Part shown: positions 12,707 to 25,575 of the stretch, in pieces
How positions within the stretch are numbered: the first letter of the stretch is position 1
Layout of the letters: the number at the start of each line of letters is the position of its first letter
NCBI RefSeq assembly: GCF_004010195.1
Contig: NC_057720.1
Span: 34,325,453-34,389,452, forward strand
From: Chiloscyllium plagiosum
Taxonomy: Eukaryota
Reading direction: 5' to 3'
Length of the DNA stretch: 64,000 nt
The notes under the pieces: generated by a model
Told to the model about the DNA's origin: nothing
What the model saw: only the letters and a program-made list of their open reading frames with translations
Database searches by the model: none
Program-made: the position numbers and the translations under genes

Positions 12707-12771
12707 TCTACCGAAGGAAAGATATGACCACTGGGACACTTTTTTCCCATTTCATGAGGGTTTCTCATCTA

Positions 12772-12883
12772 TTTTGCTAATCAACCTCTTCAGAGATGTT
12801 ATTATGCATCTCTGGAGTGGGTGGGACTTGAACATGGTTCTCTTGGTCCAGAGAAAGGGATGCTACTACTGCATCACAAGGGG
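12772..12883 (-). mobile_element. Short tRNA-derived SINE-like repeat
   Basis: Reverse complement resembles 44561-44675. Confidence 0.6.
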
Positions 12884-13832
12884 GAACCATCAGGACATTT
12901 TTAATCTGGTCAGAGCCCTTTTAGTCCAATCATTATCTTTTAAGCATTTTATGTTATTTATATAGCAATTGATGATGATACCACATTGTGGCTAAGCCAC
13001 TGTGTTTACTCTGTTTTTCTCCCATTTCAATGGCACTAAGGTAAGGCTTCTGTGGAGTGGAACAATTGAATGACACCAGACCCTAATGTGCACAATTTGA
13101 GAAGGACCTTCTGTTCTGGTTCTCCAGAAAGACCAAGTAAACTAGCATTTTCTGCTCTCCCTTTTCTCGAAGTCGCAGACTTTTTTTTTGATGCCCTGCC
13201 ATATTGTCAGCTCTGAGAACTGATGATAAGCATCAGAAAAAGCTGAGTGACCAAGGCTTCTCACCTCTACGTTCACCAGCATTGCACAAAAGTCAGAGGG
13301 AGCTCTCAAAGTGCATCTCGCTTCTGCGCCAATAGAGGAGACAGAAGACTATTTTACCAAAGACATTTGTAGCCCACTGTGAATTGGCTAATGCTCAACT
13401 AATATTATTGACACAGCTGAAAAGCCGAGCTCATGCTACACTCCTGGGAACAGGCTAACAATTGAAGGCTGCCAGCATCATGGAGTGCAAAAGAGAACTC
13501 TGCCAATCTGTAACAATCCCTCCAATTTATAATGGTATTAAAGCTGAAGATTTGATTGAAATTCTGTAGGCCTGAATCCTACAATATTTGTGGCCAAGTC
13601 CAAGTTGTGTCAAATTGTTTGTAGGGCTTTTCATTGTGAGGTCTAGGAAAAATTCTCACTGTATCTTAATGAACTCATCTCATTAACTACCTATCCTATC
13701 TCTGTGGTTTCTTGCAAGTCCAATTCTGTCTCTAAGGAGAAAGTGAGGTCTGCAGATGCTGGAGATCAGAGATGGAAATGTGTTGCTGGAAAAGTGCAGC
13801 AGGTCAGGCAGCATCTAGGGAACAGGAGAATC

Positions 13833-13860
13833 GACGTTTCGGGCATTAGCCCTTCTTCAG
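13833..13860 (-). ncRNA. Minimal hammerhead ribozyme core (family A)
   Basis: Reverse strand reads CTGAAGA-A-GGGC-TAAT-GCCC-GAAA-CG-TC. Confidence 0.72.
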
Positions 13861-13955
13861 GAATGAGGGAAGTTGGTCCAGCAGGCTAAGATAAAAGAGA
13901 GGGTAAAAGCCTCCCTATCTTTTATCTTAGCCTGCTGGACCAACTTCCCTCATTC

Positions 13956-13983
13956 CTGAAGAAGGGCTAATGCCCGAAACGTC
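13956..13983 (+). ncRNA. Minimal hammerhead ribozyme core (family A)
   Basis: CTGAAGA-A-GGGC-TAAT-GCCC-GAAA-CG-TC. Confidence 0.72.
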
Positions 13984-14210
13984 GATTCTCCTGTTCCCTA
14001 GATGCTGCCTGACCTGCTGCGCTTTTCCAGCAACACATTTCCAATTCTGTCTCTTTCTTACCATGCACCATTCCTGGAACAACTCACTAAATCCGCCAAA
14101 AGATCAGCATCCCTTGTGCAGCACCTTCATTAAAAAGCCATTTTGTGCAGAGTTTAGTACCGGCATTCCAAAGCTACTCACTGAAAGTCAGATTGTGAAG
14201 CTACTGGATA

Positions 14211-14354
14211 AAAGGAAAAATAGTAACACGTTTTTCAGATAGGGAGCTGGAGGTCTTAGTTGAAGGGTTGGTGCAACGGAGGGCTGTCCATTTTCCAGAT
14301 GACCAGTAGGGGAGGTCACACCACCACATCCTTCCGGTCTGGTCTCAGGGGGTT
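14211..14354 (+). mobile_element. PIF/Harbinger transposon relic, Myb/SANT-like ORF pseudogene
   Basis: Hand translation KGKIVTRFSDRELEVLVEGLVQRRAVHFPDDQ*GRSHHHILPVWSQGV resembles Harbinger/NAIF1-type Myb N-termini; the GC-richer relic may extend to about 16630. Confidence 0.7.
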
Positions 14355-15014
14355 AAATGTACCAAAGCCTCAGATGAAACATGGATATGGCTTTTTACGT
14401 CACCCCCTCCTGCTCAAATACTGACACCTCTACTGGGAGTGTTGGACTTTGAGAGTGTGGGAGCACAAAGTAGTGAGCACCTCACTGTGACAGCTCGGCA
14501 GCGGGCTAAAGAAGAAACATTCCAGGTTGCTGGCACTCAGAGGGTTATTGGATATCAGGTACTTGCTGAAGATTGGGCACTGTGTTGTCAGCAATCAGGG
14601 ACTTCATCCACTGCACAGGGAGGAATAGGAACAGGAGACGAGTATAATGGAACCTGCAGCAAGTCATGCAACAATCCCTCCACAGCCAGTGTGAGGTTGG
14701 AGTCACCACGAAGAGACAGGTCCACCTCCTTTGCGTCTGGCTGGTGAGGCGTACAACCTGCACTCCATTCCCCAGCCATTGGTCCTCAGGATCAAAGGCA
14801 TTGCAACAAGGCATAGGTACCCTGGCATAGGTGCACCTTCCTCAACAGGAGACAGGGCAATACTATGAGACACCCAGTCAGAGGTGGAAACTCTCGCAGG
14901 TCCTTCAAAGGTCTCCTCTTAGCACTCTCCAGACTTGGCCAGGGTCTCCACATCCTCCCTATTGGCTCGCACCGACTCTTTAAAGTTCACACTGAGGAAG
15001 GTGCATAGAATCCA

Positions 15015-15105
15015 TAGGGAGAATGTGCAAACTCCACACAGACAGTCACTTGACGCTGGAATCGAACCTGGGTCCTTGGCACTGTGTGCTAACCACTGAG
15101 CCAAC
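15015..15105 (-). mobile_element. HE1-like SINE 5' fragment
   Basis: gagaatgtgcaaactccacacagacagtc...atcgaacc...gctaaccactgagcca is the reverse of the tRNA head plus V-domain. Confidence 0.75.
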
Positions 15106-17499
15106 CTGCCTCTGGCAAGAAAATCTCTTGGCTTGTGGCTCATTCAGACACCATCCATTCCCAGAATTGCCATGAAAAACCCTAAGGGCTAATGGGCTCC
15201 GCTGTCAAGCAGGCCCCTACCACCCTCGCTGTGCAATCAGGGAGTATGTGGAGGAAGAGAATGAAGCAAACTTATTAAGGCTACTTTGGTAGCATAGGAG
15301 ACAATGCATTGCAATCGATTTTACACTTTCGTATAAATGTCACAAACTTAATCTTAAATCTGATTGTCAGTCTTTCTGTATAGGCCCAAATGTCATTGTG
15401 ACATGAGGCACCACTTGACTCCATGGATGGAGGTCAGTGTTGAGAGCCTGTTGCATGATCTTGAAGCAAGAGGAACAATGGGTTTAGATGGCTGTGGGTC
15501 ATGCTAATACCATTGGCCCTCCTTGGACAGCATTCCTGTTCTTTTGAAGTCTCTGTGTTCAAAACAGAATCTGTCAAATTGTTCAGCAATGTCTGTGACA
15601 AGGAATGCCAACACACAGATGGGTCGATGCTTTCAGATGGCCTGGGAATAATGATCCCATAGGTCTGTGTCCTGTACAGTTAAAGGGTTTGTGTGCGCCA
15701 TGTTCTTTCCCTTTAAAAGCCCTAATATCTGGTTGCTGCAGTCCCTTCTTACAGCAAATGTGTTACCTCTCCCCAAATCTCCCCTTCCCCTTAGTTTCTG
15801 CAGACCCATCCCCTTAAGCGACCCCATTGGACAGCCCCATATAAGAAGTGCCCCAGCTGCAGACTGGAGGCTGGACATTTTCCCAACCCTGGACTGGCTG
15901 CTATACAGCATCATGACTGACTGTGACTTACTGTCTGGATTGTAGGGGCACCCGATTGAGATCACCCTGAGTGGACTCTTGATTGTGGCCTATCCCCTGC
16001 ACTGGTATAGGAGGCTGCCCTTGACTTACTGTGCCAGCTGAAGTCTCCTGTTTGGAATTTGGTGAGGGCTATTCCACTAAGATTTGGAGCCTTGGCTGTT
16101 TGCTTGCTGCACGTGCAGTGTGTTCACTATGTAGATTGTTGATGCAGGTATGAGACTGATGTGTACACTGCTAAATCCCCTTCACTGAGGACTGCTGCAC
16201 AGCGAGATAAGCTGCCTGGTTGTGCAGTTGCACTAACTGGCACAGTAAGACATGACAAGGCCGGGATGCTGTTAGCAAGCAGGGAGGTGCTAAGTGAACA
16301 AGCGCTAAGAAAGCAAGAATGGAGCTCTGATATGCAACCTGCTCCATTCCAATGAGCTAGGTACCTGTCCATGTTCACAATGTATCTTAACAAGGTATTT
16401 AACATGTACAGTTATAATATCCTTTAACGTGTCACGTTGCTTGTCTAAAACATAAAAGATGGCACGAGACGCTCATGACATTGAGTTGGGCCTCACTGGA
16501 CTTCAGCCACGAATCTTGCTGTAGCCCATTTATCTCAGGCCGCTGTATGATTCTGCCTATATGAGGTATCATTGTTGCAACTACATCATTTGTCTTATTG
16601 TCTGCACTGTAAGGTCTGAGAAATACTGCGTGCAAAACCCTTACATTCTGAATTTGATCAGTGATAAAAAGCTGTTGAAATAAATGAAAAGAATTAGATC
16701 TGTAGCTGCATTCCCTGTAACCTGGAAGAGCAGTTGAAGTACAGTCAAGACAGTGAAGCTGGTGAAATTTATTGCAAGGTTAAGCATATATATGTACGGA
16801 CTTTTCCAAACAGGATATGGCCATAGCATGTGATAATGAAATGTGGGGTACACATTAGAATCTGCATGGTTCAAGCATCATAGCCCTGGCCTAAAGGGGG
16901 AATACAATGTAGAAGGTCAGCACTTCCTCACAACGACAATAGTAAAATGAGAGCAGCGAGTCACCCTACCACAATCACAAAGCTGATTCTCTGCATTTTC
17001 TATCAGCCATATTGCAAGCACACAGTGGCAGTCGATTGCAGAAGCTAACCCTTGGGCAGTGCAGGGGAAGACACTGGGAAAATGAGGCAATTTTTAAACA
17101 AAAGCAATTCAACAATGCAGCACATGAGTTTTACGGTTCAATAAAGTTCATGGTAGGTGAATGATCCATTGAGAAGCTACTGCCCTTGGAGGTCATCAAA
17201 ATAACAATGTGTTTGCTAACTACTAGGCATGAATTGTTTTTCCACTTTGGTCAAAGTGATAAACACAATAATTCACTGGTCTGCACGTTACGTCACCATG
17301 TTTATCTCCAGGCCCCAGTCTTTCAATATCCCTTTGTTTTATTTTTGCTCCATCTGGTCTTTTGCACCAATTATAATTCTTCCTTTGGCCATTGCTTGGT
17401 CTCTCATGTACTAACCAAACTATTTTATCCCCTCTTTTCAGATATATTTTCTTTGCAAAAAGATCTGAAGTTTTGCTGCTAGGTGGGAAAGGTGGCTTT

Positions 17500-17860
17500 T
17501 TAAACATTCATTCGTGGAAAGTAGGCATCACTGGTTAAGCCAGCATTTATTGCCCAACCCTAATTGCCCTCAGGAAGGTGGTAGCGAGTTGTGTTACTGA
17601 ACTGCTGCAGAACTCTGGGGTGTAATGCTGTTAGGAAGGGAGTACCATAATTATAAACAAACCAGCTTGAAGGAACGGTGTTACAATTTCAAGTGCAGGA
17701 TCATGAGTGGCTCAGAGGGGAACTTCCCATCCAGCTGCTGCACTTATTCTTCTAAGTGGTAGAGGCTGTATGTTTGGAAAGTACCTTCAAAGAAGCCTGG
17801 GTGAGTTGCTGCACTGTATCTTGAAGATTATTGCTACTCTGCACTGATGGTGAAGTGAGT
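17500..17860 (-). mobile_element. CR1-group LINE 3' UTR fragment, second family
   Basis: gccagcatttattgccc...taattgccct end motif; similar to 30185-30490 and to the reverse of 54930-55040. Confidence 0.65.
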
Positions 17861-17900
17861 TAACGTTGGAAGTGGGGTGCTCTTCCTGCTTCTATTTTCT

Positions 17901-18090
17901 TTACCTCGCAGCAATGCAAATCTTCCCAGTCAAACCTAATGTCAGTTTAAAAGGTCAAACGAAGATAAATTTCAGATCATTAAAGGATCTGGTTCTAATA
18001 TCGTTACCTCCCAGTAATACAAATCTTCCCGTCAAGCTTACTGTCAGTTTAAAATACCAAACTAAGAGAAATTTCAGATCATTACATGAA
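17901..18090. repeat. Diverged tandem duplication, period about 102 bp
   Basis: ttacctc...caaatcttccc...tgtcagtttaaaa...aaatttcagatcatta occurs from 17901 and again from 18004. Confidence 0.85.
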
Positions 18091-18267
18091 CTTCATTTTA
18101 CCAGCAACAGATTGAGCTTTGTACTGATATGTCCTCTTCCTCCAGGAATTTCAAACCAGCAAATTAACTCATGAAAAGTGTATGTGAGGTATATATTAAA
18201 AAAAGTTGTTTCTATTAGATAGGGTTGTCTCATGGTCAACCCTATCTAAACCCCCCCCCCAAAAAAA

Positions 18268-18545
18268 GCTATTACGAGGGGGCATAGCTTTAAATTAAGG
18301 GGTGGTAGGTAGAGGACAGATGTTAGGGGTAGATTCTTTACTCAGCGAGTCGTGAGTTCATGGAATGCCCTGCCAGTAGCAGTGGTGGACTCTCCCTCTT
18401 TATGGGCATTTAAACGGGCATTGGATAAGCATATGGAGGATAGTGGGCTAGTGTAGGTTCGGATCGGTGTAGGCTTGGATCGGCGCAACATCGAGGGCCA
18501 AAGGGCCTGTACTGTGCTGTATTTTTCTATGTTCTATGTTCTATT
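18268..18545 (+). mobile_element. CR1 LINE 3' end (ttctatg tail)
   Basis: Encodes TRGHSFKL...FFTQRVVSSWNALP; ends ttctatgttctatgttcta. Confidence 0.92.
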
Positions 18546-18639
18546 ATAAAGTTTACCAATATCATCACACAGAATCCTAAATTATGAATTTTAAGACATT
18601 GTTAGTTAGGACATGTTGGCTTAGGAGAGAGTAAAAAAC

Positions 18640-19125
18640 AAGTTATAAAGAATGATACCTGGATTTCAGGACTTAAGTTATAAGGGGAATTATACAAATT
18701 AGGCCCGTTTTTGCTTGAATATAGAATCCAATCGAAATCTTCAAGTCTTACCAGGAAAAAGACAGGGTAGATAAATCTCCACTGATTGGAAATTCTAGGA
18801 CCAGGAAGCATAGTTCAAAAATTAGGGCCTGACCATTCAGGAGAAATGTTAAGAAGCACTTCTACATGCAAAGGATAGTAGATGTTTGGAACTTTCTTCC
18901 ACAAATGGTAGTGGATGCAGGATCAGTTGCTAATTTTAAATCTGAGATAGACAAACTTTTGTTAAGCAAAAGTATTAAGGGACATGGGCCAAAGGCATTA
19001 GGCCACAGATCAGCCATAGAGTCAGTCATAGAGATGTACAGCATGGAAACAGACCTTCGGTCTGATCTCATTAAATGGCAGAACAGTCTCGAGGGGCTGA
19101 ATGGGCTACTCTCAATCCCTTGTTT
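18640..19125 (+). mobile_element. Old CR1 3' end with a nested inverted ~45-bp HER1 tail (about 19015-19062)
   Basis: ORF 18866 MQRIVDVWNFLPQMVVDAGSV; catagagtcagtcatagagatgtacagcatggaaacagac interrupts the 3' UTR. Confidence 0.8.
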
Positions 19126-19372
19126 ATAAATAGGTTTGTGAGGATAGAAATAGGAGACTACGATCTTTTGTTATTGCTTCTGAATATTTATTGCAAGAAT
19201 CAATAATATATTTTGTTATAGGAATGAAAACAGTATCGTAGAATATCGAAAATTGTTATGATTATTTGACTATAAATTTACACACAATATTTAAATCCAC
19301 ATTAAAATCTTATTGAATATCAATATTATAAGAATCATATCAAATTGTGACAAAAACCTGAGGAACTCCTAA

Positions 19373-19640
19373 AGTTCTGAGGAACAGTCACTGGACCCAA
19401 AAGGTTAACTCTGATTTCTCTCCACAGATGCTGCCAGACCTGCTGAGCTTTTCCAGCAATTTCTGTTTTTGTTTCTAATGTTTTTACAGTACCTAGAGGG
19501 AGAAAGCCAAATTATGTTTCATGTTCGATATGATGCTTCTTCAGTGATACAACTGTTCCTCAGAACGTTATCTTTGTTTTTCTTGCCATATATGCCACCA
19601 GACCTGCTGAGTTTTTCCAGTTTTTTTCTGGTTTTATTAC
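19373..19640 (+). mobile_element. Two PLE-derived short repeats (family C), the first with a degenerate hammerhead core
   Basis: gtt-CTGAGGA-A-cagtc-actg-gaccc-aaaa-gg-tt-aac then cagatgctgccagacctgctgagcttttccagc; second partial copy at about 19560-19640. Confidence 0.65.
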
Positions 19641-22109
19641 ACAATTGTATACCATGGCTTCCTGCCACTTACAATGTTTTTCTGGTCAGACTTCAAGCTA
19701 TTCCAATTGATCACATAATCAGCTGAAAACTACATTTTCATTAAAGAATCTAAGCGAAATGATGATCCAGAGTTGACAAACACACAATGTTTTGACCTAT
19801 TACACTTTCACAATGATCCGACTATTAAAAGAGGAATTTAACTGCTGTAAGGAGTTATATGCCATCATTAAAATCAGTAAAATTTTGCTGGTCATCCAAT
19901 CTGCCTTAAAAGCCTTTTCTTTAGATTACAAGATCTTTCTGTATTTGTAATTATACTTTGATGATTGCAGCATGCAGTTATTATGGAAATGTCAGTTGGA
20001 ATATTTTAGTTTTTAAACTAAAGTAATAAAGTTGCTTAATAAATAATCCCAATTCCAAAAAGAATTGAAATATTCTTGCAATTTCAACAATTAATGATGC
20101 CTCACAGAAGTCCCATCAAAGATTGAGTCAGCTCTGAGGTGTATAGCTCAACTCTAAACATCAGTCATCCTTTATGCTTTATAGAAAGTTGGACAAATTA
20201 AGATACAGTCATTTGAGCCGATCAGGTTGCTGTCATAAGGTCCTTTTCAGAATTCAGTTCAATCACTTTTTAAAATAATTATTTTTATGCCCCAAACACA
20301 AATTCAATTCTGTTGGCCTGAATCTGGAATTTATTCTAGATGATTCAGCAATATGTTGGCATGACAAAAGTGTTGCACTTTGATATATGTCTCTTGACAA
20401 CTCTATAGAAAGAAAAAATAATCTAAACTTCTGACATTTTTTATTTTATAATCAGTTCATAATTATTTTTGTTTCTGGACATGAATTTCTAAATTTACCT
20501 CTTTACATCCACCTCATCTAAACCTTTCATTATTTTAAAAGCCTGAACCATAATCCTTCTTAAATTCTTCTAAGAATGAAGGTTTACCTTCATTAGCTTT
20601 TCTTTTTGATGGCATAAAACCTGCTACGTGCATCTCTGAATAATTTCCATCACCTCCAAGTGTGTTGTGAGTGCCCACTGTTAGTTGTTATCAGGAGAAT
20701 TATTCTCATGTTGATTTGTAGAAGATTGTAAATAGTTAGCAGCTTCATTAATGTCCTGCAGTGATTAGTGTTCACAATAATCATAACATGGCACCTTATG
20801 GAATCTGACCTAACCTTGTCTTTAAGGCAGCAGGTATGAGGTGATGACGATGGAGAAACTGCAATTGAAACCTACAAAGGAGGATATATTTTGCTGTAGT
20901 GAAATTAATCAGACTAGGGGTATTATTGAAGAGTCACTGTTAAGCTGCTAATATCTGGGTTGGTACTATCCATACACCAGAAAGATAGGAGTAACACTGG
21001 TAACAGTGGAATACCATCATAATTTTAATATCAAGAGGAATGAGACAAAAAGTGCTCCAGCAAGGCAAATCACTGATGAAAGTGATAGCAAGTAAGAGTA
21101 CTTATTGGACCATAAAACCCAAAATCTAGTGTACAGAAGAAAGCTGACATGGAGTAATCCACCATCTATCCCTCCTATGTTTATTACATCTTAGCCAATA
21201 GGAGGTAAAATAATAATTGAACAACTCTGAATACTTGCGACAAGAATGATTTGTGATTGTAAAATGCCTAAACCTTGGCTATATTTTTTACAATAAAATT
21301 GATTTGATCTCATTCTTAATGACGTGCTGTTCCACTCTACAAATGATTCTCTACCTAGGAATACAACAGGACAGATCGTCAAATTTCACAAACTTATTCA
21401 CCACAGCTGTACTATGCATCTGCAAAAACACAGTCAACCGCTCTACAACCTAATCAGTCACTAATCTTTGAAACTCACTGAATGTAGAAGATAGAATGCT
21501 TCCAGTGGTTGAGGAAATCAACTAAACTTTGAAGCCAATAGACACATACATGGACATGGTTTACTGTGTTTAATTTTTAATATAACATTTTTCAGACAAT
21601 TCCAATAGATTCTGAAGATTATCAAAACAACCACCCGCTTTGTAACTCAAAGCAGCCAAATGAGACTAAATATTGGCTTCAGTATTTCAACAAAGACAAG
21701 TCAGTAGTGCCACTTTCTAATAGCAAGACATCAGAGAATATTAGGATGAGAAACAAGAAATAAGACTTATCTCGATTATCTGTGTCTATGGTGCTAACTT
21801 AAAAACAAGCATATTTTCCCAGAAACTCCTTATTCTTTAGCACAGGTGTTAAAAATAATTAGGTTAATCTCTCCACTGCTCTACTGATGAGAACAATTTC
21901 AATATTGCAAGTACATAAGTAGGCAATCCACAATTTTCTTTGATAATTAAAATATCATGGCTGTTCCAAATCTGAGAAACAAGTACAAAGCACTGGAAAC
22001 ACTCTGCAAATCTGGGAGTATTTATGGAGAGAGATTCAAAGTCAATGGGCTGAGTTTCCCAATTTCCAGTTGAAGTATTTTGCCAATGAGATTCATGTTT
22101 AGTTCTGTA

Positions 22110-22530
22110 ACACAATTCTTTATCACCACAGACAGGATGTTGGCTAGGATCCTTCGCCTTTGATGGATCCAATATCTTCAGCCATTTCTTGATATCATGA
22201 AGTGTGAATTGGATTCACTGAAGACTAGCTTCTGTGATGTCAGGAAGAGGCTGAAATAGATCATCCATTATGCACTTGTGGCAAAGATGGGTTACAAGTG
22301 TTTCATTTTGCCCTCTGTATCAATGAAGATAGGGAAATTCAAGTAACCTCCTCCATCCAATATTGCTTAATTATCACAACTGAATGTGACAGGACTTTGA
22401 TCCAATTCATTAGCTGAGGGGTGACTTATCTCTGACTATAGCATGATCCATTTGCATACTGTTCTTCTTTTTAGCTTCATCAGGTTTGCATCACATTTTT
22501 AGAATAACCGAGTGCTACATCCTGAATGTT
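22110..22530 (-). mobile_element. Very old LINE ORF2 fragment
   Basis: tcagccatttcttgatatcatg...ctgaagactagcttctgtgatg resembles the reverse strand of a CR1-group EN-RT linker; weak. Confidence 0.45.
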
Positions 22531-25500
22531 TTTCTACATTCCTCATTGAATTACTTTAGGTAAATGCCAGAGTAGGTGCGTGGCAACAATGGAAATTGTC
22601 TATAGAAAGGATTTGTTTCCTTTCCTGTATTTTTCATAATTCTATCAAAATTAAGATCGTAAAAGTATACTGTTGTTCCATTTTAGATCCAGGATTTGAA
22701 AGCAGGCCAATGTGGGGAGAAAGACTTCTGTTCTTGGGTTTGGGTGGAACAGCATGTGTACATTCAGGATTAAGAGAATTTACATCAACTTAAATTTTAA
22801 TTATTGCCAAGGAATGTCTCTGGCATTGAACATTTGACAAGGGTGGAGCTCCATTCTCCAGAATCAATTTATTGTTGGAGACTTCATGTGATTTTTAACT
22901 CTTTTCTTTCACGCTCTCTCCTTCCTTCCTTCCTTCTATGCCTTTCTTTATTTTGCTTACTCTGCCTGATTTTACAATGTATTCAAAATTCTAATGTATA
23001 CTTCATTATTACACTCTGCGGGCCTCAATGGGAACTTTTAAATCGAATTCATTGGTGAACACATGCAGTTGCTTGCCCTTCTCACCCAGGTCACTTATCC
23101 CCGATATATGGTACTATCCTGGAAGTTATCTCTAGGACTTCAGTGTTGCAAATTAAAAGCCATTGAGACATCTCTGGGCTACAAAATACAAGTGTGATGA
23201 CTATCCTATGACTATTCCTTCACCATGGATCTCAAAATCTGAACCAGGTTATGCAGATCTTATAGCAAGATAAAAGTCAAAAGTCTTATAGCAAGTCAAA
23301 AGATAAATCCTTGGAAGGGATAATTGAATACCCTTAATAGATACCCCTGATTTCTGTAACGTTCTGGTAATGTTAAACATTTCACTTGGTATTTTAAATT
23401 CCTTTCCTTCAGTTGCACTCCTGTTATGTAATATATACCCACATTGCTAATCCTTAGTTTTTTTAGTTCATTTGAATAAGTTATTCTGTGCTCTTAATTT
23501 TTACTTCTCATGTTGAAAAACAGCAGATTTGCTTTATACTGAAGTCAAAATCCTAAACTCATCAAAATTCATGAATTTTACAACATCCAGTTCACATTAT
23601 GCTGCTAAAGGAGCATCAACTTATTTACTCCTCGCTTCGCTCTGAGTGGTAGTCATGCAGACATGGGCATCTGTCATATGCCAAGAACAGCTTCATTCTC
23701 CCCCACCCCACCAAAAATAAAAATGAAATGTCATTTTGCATTTGTTCATACTGTCAGAGGTTGGCATCAAGCATGCTGTGCACATAACCAGAACATTTAA
23801 TTAGCGCGTAAGACTGCCGCGATCTGACAGCCGGCAATTTCTGTACATAACTGGGAGGCAACACAATCTGCTTCCTGCACGTGGCTGCAGTGTTTTGTTC
23901 TTGTGAAGGGAAAAGGATACCAGTCTGGGCCACTTACTAGATATAGCAAGACATCAATGTACTTGACATTAATGAAACATGTGCGCAAAAATAATTCCTC
24001 TGCTTCCCTGGGTTCATCACCATTTCTAGCAAAATATAGACAATAAAAGGCTACTGCTGTTCCACTTTAGAACCAGGATTTGAATCCAAAAGCAGAGAAA
24101 AAAGACTTCTGTTGTGGGAGTTGGGTGAAACAGTGAATTATAATACACTCTTTCCAATCTTGGATCCAGATTTGAATCCAGTCCAGACTGGAGGGATCAA
24201 ACTTTTCATTCTCACAGCTGCTAAAGGTCTTGTGTGTTTGACAGTATTAATCTAGTTTCCAGTGGGCATGATTAACAAAGCTGAAAAACTGCTCACAAAA
24301 TGGCACAAATTCTCACTAAATTGGCAGTCTTATTCAGAAAGACCATAAGGATAGTGGTGTGGAGATGAAAGTGTCACGACAGATGTTGATATTGTGTTGA
24401 CAGTGTAAAACATTATTTGAGCAGAGTAAAAGGAACATTGCCTTGCATCCACACTATAATTTCTTTGATCTGGGAGTGATTGATGTCAACAATGGGTAAA
24501 AGAAAATCTCTGAAGTGATTCTGTCATGGCAATAATGTTGCTCCCATTTAATTAAAATGGAAAGGAATATTTAAAGTCCCTTTTCAATTATTAGTCCTCA
24601 AGAATTAAAGCTAATATTGTAACATGTAAAATGTCAATTAATTTCCCAATAGATTGAAGATATTAGATAAAATCTCATAATTGTAATCCTCTTTTATTTG
24701 CTTCTTCTGTTCAATGCTGTGCATCATAGCTGGACCTCTTGCGACAACCATTCTTCTTGTAACATTTGTTTGTTTTCCTGTATAGTGTTCTTCATCCAGA
24801 TGAATGCAAACACATCACACTTACACCACACTTATGTTGTATGAAGATTGGAAATATTTTGATCTCAGGATCCAATGTTCTCTTTCTCCTTCCCCCGCTT
24901 CACTGCTGCTCCTGTGTCTCCTTCCATTCTCTTTTGTTTCTGCATTTACCTCTTGCTGTTCTTAGCTTTTGGTATTTAGCTTATGCTATTTTTCTTTGCT
25001 TCTCTCCCTTCTAACTATTCAGTGTCTTGCACTCCATTCACATTTTCTTGTTTTTTTCCTTCTCTCAAGCCTTTAAAAAGGATAAAGTCTTTGGGACAGA
25101 AGAGAATGTTTCCTTGAGATATATACCCATTTTAAGTATCAACAGGGCTTCTCCACTATGAGTAGTCATTTCTTAATACCTGTTCTGCCTTTTTGTGAAG
25201 CATATGTTTGCATTTTGTGCCTTCTTTGCTCAATTGCACTAGTTTGGAAGAGCCAAGCAATGTATTAGGGAAGACAGTCTGAATTTCTTCAGCATTTTTG
25301 TTTTTTACTTAACACAAATTTTTGTTGTTGTTATTCAAATATACCCAGTAATGATCTTCCAGAATAAAAGGCACCGATAGATGCATTCCTCTGCTGAAAC
25401 AAAATTCTCTATATCAATATACTGAACGCGAAAGAATTGGCTTTTAATTTTAAATAAATACAACCTATGCCATTATTCTAATATTGGCCATTTTTTATAA

Positions 25501-25575
25501 ACACTTCTAACTCATTTTTCCAGGCACATTCTATTTCCCATACCAATGATTTAGTCAACATTCACTACCTAAACA

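Larger units (their letters stand above)
13734..14043 (-). mobile_element. Young palindromic Penelope-like element derivative (family A)
   Basis: 131-bp inverted arms 13773-13903 / 13913-14043 with 2 mismatches; unique tail 13736-13772; 15-bp duplication tccaattctgtctct at 13719-13733 and 14040-14054. Confidence 0.88.

Noticed and set aside
21596..21763. Plus-strand 55-codon open frame after ttttcag (TIPIDSEDY...MRNKK*)
   Set aside because: No recognisable protein family; such frames occur by chance
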